In this document: positions 9,982 through 18,476 of the stretch, piece after piece | How the letters are laid out: every line of letters begins with the position of its first letter | How positions within the stretch are numbered: position 1 is the first letter of the stretch | NCBI GenBank assembly: GCA_003345555.1 | Contig: PRDJ01000042.1 | Span: forward strand, 30,001 to 62,000 | DNA length: 32,000 nt | Direction of reading: 5' to 3' | Source of the DNA: Candidatus Thorarchaeota archaeon | GTDB taxonomy: Archaea > Asgardarchaeota > Thorarchaeia > Thorarchaeales > Thorarchaeaceae | Notes under the pieces: generated by a model | What the model was told of the DNA's origin: nothing | The model's input: only the letters and a program-made list of their open reading frames with translations | Database searches by the model: none | Position numbers and translations under genes: made by a program

Positions 9982-11172
9982 TTAGGAGGCTTGCTTGTCA
10001 AATTCCTCTCTCTTCTCAGCAAGTCTCCTGTCTAGGCTAGCTAACCGTTCGTCCAGTTTTTCAACCTGCTCATCATAGCTCTCTCTTGTCATAGTGCCAG
10101 TGGAGAGTTTCTGTTCTATGTGATCTCGGAGCTGATGAACTGACTTGATTTCCTTCTCGATAGAATCGATGTCAGCTATTATCTCCTCGATTCTGTTCTC
10201 TTCCTCGGATTTGAATTGTTTCGCGGGCACCATGAGTCCGAACTGTTGTTGTGTCTTTTCCGCAAAGTCTTGGAATTGACCTCTGAGCCCTTCGATGCTC
10301 TTCTCGATTCTCCCCGTGTTCTCTGTGAGTCTCGCTATGTCTTTTTGTAAATCAATGACTGCATTGACAAGTCTGCGGAGTGTCTTGTCTATCTCGGCTT
10401 CGAAAGTGACCTGTGCGCCCTCACCAGCCGAGGGTCTTTCCTCTGCGGCCTTCGCTTGTGCCGCAACCACACGGCTAGGCCTTGTCAGTCGGTCTTCTCC
10501 TGTAAGCCATCTGAAACAGTTGAGTGCGAAGGTTGTGTTACCGTCGTTCTTCAAACCTCCCCCTCTTCGGAATATCTCATAGGTCCCGATGCAGATGACC
10601 CTCCCCCGCTCGAAGTCTGCGGCAGCTATGACAGGCTGATTTGGCGGATCCGCAGCCCCCGATGTTGCTGCTATGGCCATTGCCTTTCCCGAAAGCCTCA
10701 AGGTGCATGATGATGGCAGCAAGATATTGTTGATTCCTTCGGTTATTGAATGTTGGACGAAGCCTGATATCATGAGCAGAGTTGGAAGACCTGCGTTGTC
10801 TCTTTCATCCTTGACTGCCGTGTTGTCGAACTCGATACCAAAGTTCTTCGACAACAGGCTCATATTGGTCATGAGCCCCTTGTCGCCGCCAGAGAGCGAC
10901 AGCAACATCAATCCGCCGCCGTCCTGAACAAACTTCTTGATGGCATCAATTTCATTGGACCGAAGCTTGGAGCCATTCGGGCAGGCAAACACGAGAGCGT
11001 CAATTCCTTCCAGCTTCTTGGGCATTATCATATACTCTGTATATGCCTCGACGTCATAGTCATTGTCTTTGAGAAGCTGACCGAGCTGTGAATAAGTCGT
11101 GTCTAAGCGTCCTCTCTCGTTCTGAGTCTGGTCAAATGCAATTCGCTTTCTCCTCGCGCTCACGTTGCGCAC
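9982..11172 (-). CDS. GIFT (GldG/IFT52-like, DUF4350-type) domain protein with C-terminal coiled coil
   Basis: IAFDQTQNE..., DALVFACP, EIDAIKKFVQDGGGLMLL, NFGIEFDN, GRVICIGTYEIF and N...ALNCFRWL follow the class I GATase-like GIFT pattern. Residues ~260-396 are heptad-rich. The start may be GTG 11163. Confidence 0.6.
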   Translation of the reverse strand: MRNVSARRKRIAFDQTQNERGRLDTTYSQLGQLLKDNDYDVEAYTEYMIMPKKLEGIDALVFACPNGSKLRSNEIDAIKKFVQDGGGLMLLSLSGGDKGLMTNMSLLSKNFGIEFDNTAVKDERDNAGLPTLLMISGFVQHSITEGINNILLPSSCTLRLSGKAMAIAATSGAADPPNQPVIAAADFERGRVICIGTYEIFRRGGGLKNDGNTTFALNCFRWLTGEDRLTRPSRVVAAQAKAAEERPSAGEGAQVTFEAEIDKTLRRLVNAVIDLQKDIARLTENTGRIEKSIEGLRGQFQDFAEKTQQQFGLMVPAKQFKSEEENRIEEIIADIDSIEKEIKSVHQLRDHIEQKLSTGTMTRESYDEQVEKLDERLASLDRRLAEKREEFDKQAS

Positions 11173-11283
11173 CTCGGGCTGCCTGGCATACTGATTACGA
11201 TGGCCAGTGACTAATGAGACTTGTGCTGGTGAGTACTCTGGAGTGCGAACACTTTATCATCCGGTTTGGCAGATTCTGTCTGC

Positions 11284-11715
11284 ATGAGTAGTCCCGAGGA
11301 CTGTGTATTCTGCAGAATCGTCAAAGGTGAAGTCCCTGCATCAATCGTCTTCCAAGATGAGGTATGTCTGGCCTTCATGGACATATACCCTGTCACCAGA
11401 GGCCACTGTCTGCTGATTCCGAAGAAGCACTTCAACAACCTGCTCGATGTTGACTTGGACGTGCTCTCACATCTCGCCCGGCGCCTAGCTGAGTTGACTC
11501 GCAAGGTTCAGTCTGGCTTGAAGCCCGAGGGCGTATTGAATGCAGCCGCCAACGGACCTGGTGCCGGTCAGGATATCCCACACTTACATTTCCACATAAT
11601 CCCGCGCAACAGAGGCGATGAATTCGGTTTTCATTTTCCTAGGAATTACAGGGAAAAGATGGCAGATAAAGCGCAGCTGGACCGGATTGCCAAAACAATC
11701 CGGGAGGCCAAGTAA
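11284..11715 (+). CDS. HIT (histidine triad) family nucleotide hydrolase
   Basis: CVFCRIVKGE, GHCLLIPKKH and the triad HLHFHIIPR. ATG 11284 is preferred over 11266. Confidence 0.92.
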   Translation: MSSPEDCVFCRIVKGEVPASIVFQDEVCLAFMDIYPVTRGHCLLIPKKHFNNLLDVDLDVLSHLARRLAELTRKVQSGLKPEGVLNAAANGPGAGQDIPHLHFHIIPRNRGDEFGFHFPRNYREKMADKAQLDRIAKTIREAK

Positions 11716-11743
11716 GGCATCCACTACGTACTGCGATTTGTGT

Positions 11744-12175
11744 TCAGATATTCATCAGATTTAGACCGGTTGCACTGTCCTTCTCCTTGGTGATTTCTTC
11801 CGCTGCTTCGATGAAGAAGACTTCCATCGTGAGAGACACTTGGCATCCCTTACGTACATGCCCACCATGACAGCTTCCGCTCTCATCTGAGACACTCATA
11901 TGCAGGTGCGCCATGGGCTTGCCTTCGTTGATACATACGTTGCCGACACATGAAATGATTTCCACATCCTTGTCGATGCTAAGCTCCCTGTATGTACGAC
12001 TATCTCGGTCAAAGAATGCCAGTCTGGCCTTGGATAGTGCGCCGATACCGGTTAATGAAGCAGTTCGGATGCCTTGACTGACGGCTACCTTCTCAATGGT
12101 TTCAAGGACGTCCTCGCCCGGCTCAAGTCGCGCAACTATCATCCGTCGCGATTTGGTAGGCAACGATCGAACCAT
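11744..12175 (-). CDS. PPC domain / DUF296 protein
   Basis: ARLEPGEDV, GIGAL, EIISCVGNV and HLHMSVSD...GGHV. Start trimmed to ATG 12175 because the longer ORF runs into polB. Confidence 0.88.
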   Translation of the reverse strand: MVRSLPTKSRRMIVARLEPGEDVLETIEKVAVSQGIRTASLTGIGALSKARLAFFDRDSRTYRELSIDKDVEIISCVGNVCINEGKPMAHLHMSVSDESGSCHGGHVRKGCQVSLTMEVFFIEAAEEITKEKDSATGLNLMNI

Positions 12176-12286
12176 GCATTTACGGTAGTGTGTCCGTCTT
12201 TTGAAGGGCTCGCCACAGATAGTTGCGCCACTTTGAGAAGGGCTTATCAATGATGTATACTCAATCAGTGATGCGAGAGAACAAGG

Positions 12287-15124
12287 TTGGTCAAGGAAAA
12301 GAAGCCCGCACACGGGGATCAGTCCTCAGTAGAGGATTTCCTGGGCCCCGAACAGCGGCGCCGACGAACTGAAGATTCAAGCGTGGGGTCTTCGGATGTG
12401 GAGCATCGCGGCGCGCCTGACGATCCACCTGTTTCTCACAAGTCTACCTCCAGTCCGCCTCAGGCAGAAAATGATGTTGAATCTGAAGAAGAGAAGTATG
12501 CCGATGTAGTGGAGCAACCCGAAGTTGAGGTTGTAGAGGAAACAGAAGCTGTAGCAGAGATAAGAGCCGGCGATCGGGACACGCCTCGTAACCTTCCACC
12601 GTCTTTCCTGCTCTCAATAGACTATGCGGGCCAGCAAAAGAAAGCAGTCGCGCGCTTGTACGACACAACCACGAAGCGATTGCTATTTTGGTTCGACAAC
12701 AAGGGTCACCTGCCGTATTGTTACACTGACCTTCCTCGTCAGGCCGTGGAAAAGATAGACCGAGTCAGCAAGAGCCCCGGGTTTGTTAGGGCTGAAGCCG
12801 TCAAAATGCTTGACTTGCTTCAAGACCAGTCGAGAGACATGACCAAGGTAATTGCGGACGACCCACTCAGCATAGGTGGCCGAGCTGGCTCAATAAGAGA
12901 ACAACTTGTCAAAGACGGTGTGAGCCATGCTTGGGAGGCGAACATACGGTACCGCAACTGTTACACGTACGACACTCGCGTCGTGCCTGGACTCGTCTAC
13001 AAGATTGAGAATGGTGACTTGATTCCCTGCGCACCGAAGATAGATAGCAAGCTGATTGACGAGTTCAAAAGAGTCGTTCAGGATGAAGCAGGTCTTGATC
13101 AGGTACTCTCGGAGTACGCTCCGATGTTCTTCACCGAAGTTCCTGACATTCATCGTGTTGCGGTAGACATTGAAGTATTCACACCCGTCAAGAACCGGGT
13201 TCCCGATGCGGCAACTGCACGTTATGAAATCATAGCAATTGGTCTGTCAGACAACGAGGGATACAGCAAATGCTTCGTTCTAAGACGCAAAGATCACCCC
13301 GAAGGCACGAAGGACAAGGATTTCCCCGGAAAGCTGGATATTGTCTACTTCGATCGAGAAGTTGACATGCTTCTCGAAGCTTTCAAGGTGATTGACACTT
13401 ACCCCATAGTGCTGACATTTGTGGGGGATGCCTTTGACCTCAACTACATGTATCATCGAGCCGAACGTCTTGGTATTGACATGAAAAGACAATGTCCAAT
13501 AACGCTGGGCAAGGATGTGGCTTTGCTCAAGAAGGGCATTCATGTCGATCTCTATCGTTTTCTGAAGAACCCCTCAATCAGGCTGTACGCTCTGTCGGGA
13601 GCTTATGAGCAGAACAATCTCGACTCAGTTGCAAAGGGTCTGCTGGGAGTTGGAAAGCTTGGGATAAGCAGCGACATATCCAGCGTTCCGTACGTTGAGC
13701 TTGCTCACTATTGCTGGCAAGATGCAGATATCACGCTAAGGGTCACACAGTATGAAAACAACCTCTTGTTAAGACTCATTGTTCTACTGATGCGTATATC
13801 CCGTCTGTCTATGGAAGATGTGACTCGACAAGGAATATCATCGTGGATTCAATCGCTTTTCAGACAGGAACACCGGACTAGGGGATGTCTGATACCCCGT
13901 CAGGTTGACATTGAGCTAGCAAAGTCTTCCGAAGCGCAGACTGCCGCCGTTATCAAGGACAAGAGATTCAAGGGCGCGATTGTTATCGAACCAGTTGCAG
14001 GGGTACACTTCAATGCGGTAGTTCTGGATTTCGCAAGTCTGTATCCCACGATAATGAAGACCCACAACATCAGTTACGAGACCGTGGATTGCCCCCACGA
14101 GGAATGCAAGAATGCAACTGACAACAGAGTCCCGGAGACCAATCACTGGACATGCAAGAAACGCCGCGGAATGATTAGTCAGACGATAGGCTTCTTCCGA
14201 GATACCAGGGTGAAATGGTTCAAGGCTAGGAGCAAAGACAAGTCCCTTGATGAAAAAACGAGAAACTGGTATTCTGTGGTTGAAAAAGCTCTCAAGGTTT
14301 TCGTTAATGCATCGTATGGTGTGACAGGGGCTGAGCACTTTGAGCTGTTTTGCATGCCCGCCGCAGAAAGCGTTACTGCCTACGGTCGCGATGCAATAAT
14401 GAGGACTAAGGCGAAGGCGGAATCGATGGGCATCTCTGTGCTATACGGTGACACAGACTCTCTCTTCATGGACAACCCCACAAAGGAACAGCAGGAACAG
14501 CTAATCCAGTGGTCGCGCAAGGAGCTGGGCATCGATCTTGAAGTTGACAAGACATACAAGTATGTGGCTCTCTCTGGAAGAAAGAAGAACTACATCGGGG
14601 TCTACAAATCAGGCGCCGTCGAGGTGAAAGGTCTTACTGGCAAGAAACGCAACACTCCTGATTTTGCTCAGCACGCATTCAGGCATATGCTCGAAGTTCT
14701 GAGCCGCGTTGACAGTCCTGACGGTTTCGAGACTGCCAAGGCTCAGATTCGTGAGGTCGTCAATCAAGTCATCGACAGGCTGGAAGGTAGGGGTGAACCT
14801 TATACTCCCGACGATGTAGCCTTCAGAGTACAGATTACCAAGCCGCTTGAGCAATATGGGAAGACGAAACCACAACATGTGCGCGCTGCTCTCATGATGA
14901 GGAATGCGGGTTATGATGTCCCTGCAGGGACCATAGTGAGTTACATCAAGACAAAGGGCGAGGACGGAGTACTGCCGGTCGAGCTTGCTCAAGGAACGAG
15001 CTACTGGTTGGACAAGGACAAGTACATTGAGACACTGCACTCTGTGTTCGAACAGGTACTTGATTCCGTAGGGCTTGAGTTTGAAGAGCTCATGGGTTTC
15101 ACAACGCTTGATCAGTTCTTCTAG
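12287..15124 (+). CDS. polB1: Family B DNA polymerase, archaeal PolB1-like, with 3'-5' exonuclease
   Basis: ExoI VAVDIEV, ExoII FVGDAFDLNY, ExoIII YCWQDAD, motif A DFASLYPTIM, motif B KVFVNASYG, motif C YGDTDS. The N-terminal segment LYD...D.KGHLPY resembles crenarchaeal PolB1. Confidence 0.92.
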   Translation: MVKEKKPAHGDQSSVEDFLGPEQRRRRTEDSSVGSSDVEHRGAPDDPPVSHKSTSSPPQAENDVESEEEKYADVVEQPEVEVVEETEAVAEIRAGDRDTPRNLPPSFLLSIDYAGQQKKAVARLYDTTTKRLLFWFDNKGHLPYCYTDLPRQAVEKIDRVSKSPGFVRAEAVKMLDLLQDQSRDMTKVIADDPLSIGGRAGSIREQLVKDGVSHAWEANIRYRNCYTYDTRVVPGLVYKIENGDLIPCAPKIDSKLIDEFKRVVQDEAGLDQVLSEYAPMFFTEVPDIHRVAVDIEVFTPVKNRVPDAATARYEIIAIGLSDNEGYSKCFVLRRKDHPEGTKDKDFPGKLDIVYFDREVDMLLEAFKVIDTYPIVLTFVGDAFDLNYMYHRAERLGIDMKRQCPITLGKDVALLKKGIHVDLYRFLKNPSIRLYALSGAYEQNNLDSVAKGLLGVGKLGISSDISSVPYVELAHYCWQDADITLRVTQYENNLLLRLIVLLMRISRLSMEDVTRQGISSWIQSLFRQEHRTRGCLIPRQVDIELAKSSEAQTAAVIKDKRFKGAIVIEPVAGVHFNAVVLDFASLYPTIMKTHNISYETVDCPHEECKNATDNRVPETNHWTCKKRRGMISQTIGFFRDTRVKWFKARSKDKSLDEKTRNWYSVVEKALKVFVNASYGVTGAEHFELFCMPAAESVTAYGRDAIMRTKAKAESMGISVLYGDTDSLFMDNPTKEQQEQLIQWSRKELGIDLEVDKTYKYVALSGRKKNYIGVYKSGAVEVKGLTGKKRNTPDFAQHAFRHMLEVLSRVDSPDGFETAKAQIREVVNQVIDRLEGRGEPYTPDDVAFRVQITKPLEQYGKTKPQHVRAALMMRNAGYDVPAGTIVSYIKTKGEDGVLPVELAQGTSYWLDKDKYIETLHSVFEQVLDSVGLEFEELMGFTTLDQFF

Positions 15125-15365
15125 GTGTCCGCAGAGGGAAGTTGGCATCCTCAATAACCTAGAGTCAGTATTGTCGGTGATAATGATGATTTGCCGCGCG
15201 CGTCTTGATTCAGACATTGACGAGAATGGCCTTCTGTATGTGTCTGAGCCTTCTGCCAAAACCGATTGGCGCATGAAGTCCGACCAAGAAACTCTTAATA
15301 TGTCCGACAGGTCAAGAGCCAATGGACAGACATCAGTCAGACCACAAATGATGGGGCCGCATTAG

Positions 15366-16400
15366 ATGAAGCTGAACTACCGAGAGCTCTTCATGGAAAA
15401 AATGGGAATCCTTCTCCGACCAGATGACATTGAGGCGACTGCGCGAGACTTCCTTTCGAGCTATGCATCTTACATGAAGGAAGTTGGGATTGTTGCTAAG
15501 GATCCAAGTGGCAAGACACTCTACTCAAGTCGAACCGCTCCAGTTGATGACAAGTACACACAATTCTTCGAACAATGGGTGAGTCTGACACGTGCACTTG
15601 GAATCGATTCTGCTGTTGCGATGGACTTCTACACTGATGGATGGTTCGGCCGTGACCCCAAGTACCAGACAATTGGATTCAAGGGTCAAACATTGACACA
15701 TCAGATCTGTCCTAATCGGGAGGAGTTCTGGCAATACGGGGCCGAAATCATCAAGGAGCTAGGAGCTTATCCTATTGATGAGATTCTGCTATTTGGCGCC
15801 GGGTACGTTCGAGACGAGTTCTGTTTCTGTGAACGATGCAGGAAGGAATTCGCTCCGATGGTTGACCAGGAACCCAAACGTCTGACGTATCTCTACATTT
15901 CTGAGAACCCTGACCACCTGGCAAAGTGGTACAAATGGCGCACCGACAAGGTCAATCGAGGTCTCCAAGTCCTTCAAGACGCCGCTCGTGAGGTCGATAA
16001 GAAAGCAGGCCGATCAAAGCCCCTAACAATTGCTGTCGAAGTTCTGATTGACCCGGAGACCGGGCTGTCTGACGGCGCTATGAAGAGATGCGGTTATGAC
16101 TACACGAAGATAGGCGAGATAACCGGCAATATTCTCATCAATCTCTTTCCATGGTCTCCTCTGTTGCCAAAGAAGGGAACAAAGCAATACAACGACTTGA
16201 TTGAGTCTCTCTACTTCACGACTGAGTTCAAGCGACGCGGCGGCAGGGCCTCTCTCTTTCGATGGGGGGTGAAGACGCTTGACCAATTCAGGGAACTCAA
16301 GGCCTTCGGCAAGGACGCCGGAATAGACAGGTTTGTTGTCTCTCTCCACTACCCCAATGATTACTCAACTCGACGTGAGAGTGCCATAACCAGCTATTGA
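15366..16400 (+). CDS. Glycoside-hydrolase-like (GHL10/DUF187-like) TIM-barrel protein with a CxCxxC motif
   Basis: ICPNREE...IIKEL..YPIDEILL and FCFCERCRKEF resemble GHL10/GH42-type barrels. Function is not established. Confidence 0.45.
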   Translation: MKLNYRELFMEKMGILLRPDDIEATARDFLSSYASYMKEVGIVAKDPSGKTLYSSRTAPVDDKYTQFFEQWVSLTRALGIDSAVAMDFYTDGWFGRDPKYQTIGFKGQTLTHQICPNREEFWQYGAEIIKELGAYPIDEILLFGAGYVRDEFCFCERCRKEFAPMVDQEPKRLTYLYISENPDHLAKWYKWRTDKVNRGLQVLQDAAREVDKKAGRSKPLTIAVEVLIDPETGLSDGAMKRCGYDYTKIGEITGNILINLFPWSPLLPKKGTKQYNDLIESLYFTTEFKRRGGRASLFRWGVKTLDQFRELKAFGKDAGIDRFVVSLHYPNDYSTRRESAITSY

Positions 16401-16413
16401 GACGCGGTTCGTT

Positions 16414-17343
16414 TCATCGCGAAGAACCACAATAAGGACAGACTCTTGTCCCTTCCCTTAGGCTTCTGCCGCATGAGAAGCAAAAGCTTCTCTTGGGTTC
16501 TTCAGTACGCTTGTCTTCGGCGAAGGGACTGAGTTCTCCCTGCGCAAACAAGCTGCCTAGGCCTTCAACTGAGTCTCCAGAACAGCTCCGACAAGCAGTA
16601 CTAGAGGATTTGTCGCGGGTAACGGGCCGACGCTGGTCACCACGATAGTCTTCTTCGCGATCGTCGTTGAAAGGACCGGCTGTCCTTCCTTCCGAGAACG
16701 GGCTCTCTTGCTGTTCCAATGAATACCCTTGTCCGGCTGACCATCGGTCTTGGCCTTGGGCTTGAACCGGGCTGGGTCGACTGGACTGCATGCTCCTATC
16801 TAGAGTTTCGAAGTCTCCTCGGTAGTCATCAGAACTGTAATCCCCCCCTGTCGAAGGTCGATTCGCACTTCTCTGACCTAGATCCTCCCTTGGCTCATAG
16901 TCTTCTTGGGATGAGAGTCCTCGCGAGGCATCGATGAAATGAGTGTGGGACTCTGCCTTGAGCCGCTGATAGTCATCTTGTGTTAAGCCAAGCATCTCAA
17001 GCGATCTGTCTCTGTCGGCGCATCTCTTTGAAAGGGGACAACAGTAGGCTAGGCTGCCATGACATAAGGATGCCATGGCTCTCTCTTGACGTGACTTGAA
17101 TATCGGCGTAATCCTCCGATTTCCGAAGATGAGCGAATCCCCGACGGCCTTCAGCTGAGTATAGCCGCTTTGCGCCATTGCCTCAACAATCTCTCTTGCG
17201 GGATAGGGCTTGCCCTCTATTATCACGTAGCCCTCAGTCTTTTCCAGTCTGATGGGCCTTTCAGCGCCCCTATCATCATAGCTCGAATCGTATCTCGTCT
17301 GAGCCCACCTCAGGTCGATGTCTATGTCAGGGATTGGGGTCAC
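16414..17343 (-). CDS. Hypothetical protein: methanogenesis-marker-9-like Cys module, disordered linker, C-terminal zinc ribbon
   Basis: CHGSLAYCCPLSKRCADRDRSLEMLGLTQDDYQRLK at residues 94-129, an S/D/R/Q-rich linker, and terminal CFSCG...CPYCG. Confidence 0.6.
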   Translation of the reverse strand: MTPIPDIDIDLRWAQTRYDSSYDDRGAERPIRLEKTEGYVIIEGKPYPAREIVEAMAQSGYTQLKAVGDSLIFGNRRITPIFKSRQERAMASLCHGSLAYCCPLSKRCADRDRSLEMLGLTQDDYQRLKAESHTHFIDASRGLSSQEDYEPREDLGQRSANRPSTGGDYSSDDYRGDFETLDRSMQSSRPSPVQAQGQDRWSAGQGYSLEQQESPFSEGRTAGPFNDDREEDYRGDQRRPVTRDKSSSTACRSCSGDSVEGLGSLFAQGELSPFAEDKRTEEPKRSFCFSCGRSLREGTRVCPYCGSSR

Positions 17344-17539
17344 AACAATAGAACGGTGAGTATTACAGGGATAACTCTAATCCGTGTGCCGCATACTGCC
17401 GGGTCTTGTTATATAGAAGGACAGACTCCGTTTCACTGCTTATCGGAAAGTATATTATCTCAGGGAAGGCCCCTTGTTGACGGTAGAGGACCGAACGGCC
17501 CGCTATGCGTCGGTCGTCTTGTACTAGGATGGAGATACT

Positions 17540-17908
17540 ATGGGTTGTAAGGCAGAAGGAGCTGCCCAGGGCTATACCGTTCTTGGTGGAATAGTGCTGT
17601 TGATTTTCGCCATCAACGACCTGCGCAACGGAATAGGTCAGGCTCTGGAAGGTAGCTTCGAAGGCACCATCACTGTAGTCTTGGCAATAGTGTTGATTCT
17701 GCTGGTGGTTCTGTCTTTTGATGCATGCGGATTTACGCACTTCAAATTGCGGCGCAGCGGGCTCTTGCTGGCAGTCTTCGGGTTCATAGCGATCGTCATA
17801 ATCGGACGAGGCCTGAGCTTCGACATTTTGGGCTGGCTTATGAACCTGGGAACGCTGGCAGGTCTGATGATACTGATAGCAGGCATTTTGATAATGGTGA
17901 ACAAGTAA
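17540..17908 (+). CDS. Small hypothetical membrane protein (about 4 TM)
   Basis: Four hydrophobic segments; GGAG SD-like sequence before the ATG; similar layout to the downstream ORF. Confidence 0.7.
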   Translation: MGCKAEGAAQGYTVLGGIVLLIFAINDLRNGIGQALEGSFEGTITVVLAIVLILLVVLSFDACGFTHFKLRRSGLLLAVFGFIAIVIIGRGLSFDILGWLMNLGTLAGLMILIAGILIMVNK

Positions 17909-17928
17909 GTTGAGGTGAAAGAGAGAAA

Positions 17929-18270
17929 ATGCCAAAGAACACTCAAGCAAACAAGATTGGTCAACTCCTCGTCCTCTTGGGTGGAATAATAGGACTTCTG
18001 TTCGGGATAATGGATGTACTCCTGATTGCCAACCCGTTGCATGCATACTTCCCGACACTCGAGTTTGGAATCGGAGCCGTGATTGTAGGGGCAATCCTCA
18101 TTATCTTGTCATTGGCCGTACTCGCGACCAGTGGTGCAGTCAAGATCAAGTTCCTGACATTCGACAACAACTGGATTGTTCTTCTGATTCTCGGCATACT
18201 GATGTACATATTCGCCGGAGGCATCGGAGCAATCCTAGTAATCCTAGGCGCAATCCTGATGCTTCTGTAG
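17929..18270 (+). CDS. Small hypothetical membrane protein (about 4 TM), likely paralog of the upstream gene
   Basis: Hydrophobic segments with a shared VLxGGI motif and a Gly-rich C-terminal hairpin; GAGGTGA SD upstream. Confidence 0.7.
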   Translation: MPKNTQANKIGQLLVLLGGIIGLLFGIMDVLLIANPLHAYFPTLEFGIGAVIVGAILIILSLAVLATSGAVKIKFLTFDNNWIVLLILGILMYIFAGGIGAILVILGAILMLL

Positions 18271-18306
18271 AGGGCAACTGGTCCAGAGAGAGGTTAGTGT
18301 AACAGT

Positions 18307-18347
18307 CGGCAGGCATGTTCTCACAGCCTGCCGGTCTCACCCTTTTT
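18307..18347 (+). terminator. Putative terminator hairpin after the membrane gene pair
   Basis: CGGCAGGC (18307-18314) pairs perfectly with GCCTGCCG (18326-18333), followed by TTTTT at 18343-18347. Confidence 0.5.
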
Positions 18348-18476
18348 CTGGGTTTTCGCAATCGCCCCAAAGAAGTCGGGTTCAGTGGGGATTAGGCTGA
18401 CTCGCACGGCATGCATCGCAAATTAGATAACGGCTTAGTGTCTGGGCCAGCTTGCCCGAACCGGGGAGGCGTTATC

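Noticed and set aside
12176-12313. 5' extension of the DUF296 ORF shown in the ORF track
   Set aside because: It overlaps the divergent polB start and lies before the conserved domain; ATG 12175 is more plausible.
14609-15322. 237-aa minus-strand ORF
   Set aside because: Mostly antisense to polB with no family features; a shadow ORF.
15075-15365. 96-aa plus-strand ORF after polB, considered as a possible PolB1 accessory subunit
   Set aside because: It overlaps the polB end, shows no recognisable motifs, and has no clear SD. The region more likely holds the promoter of the next gene.
17363-18094. 243-aa Gln/His-rich minus-strand ORF
   Set aside because: Its composition is the antisense artefact of the two hydrophobic membrane genes.
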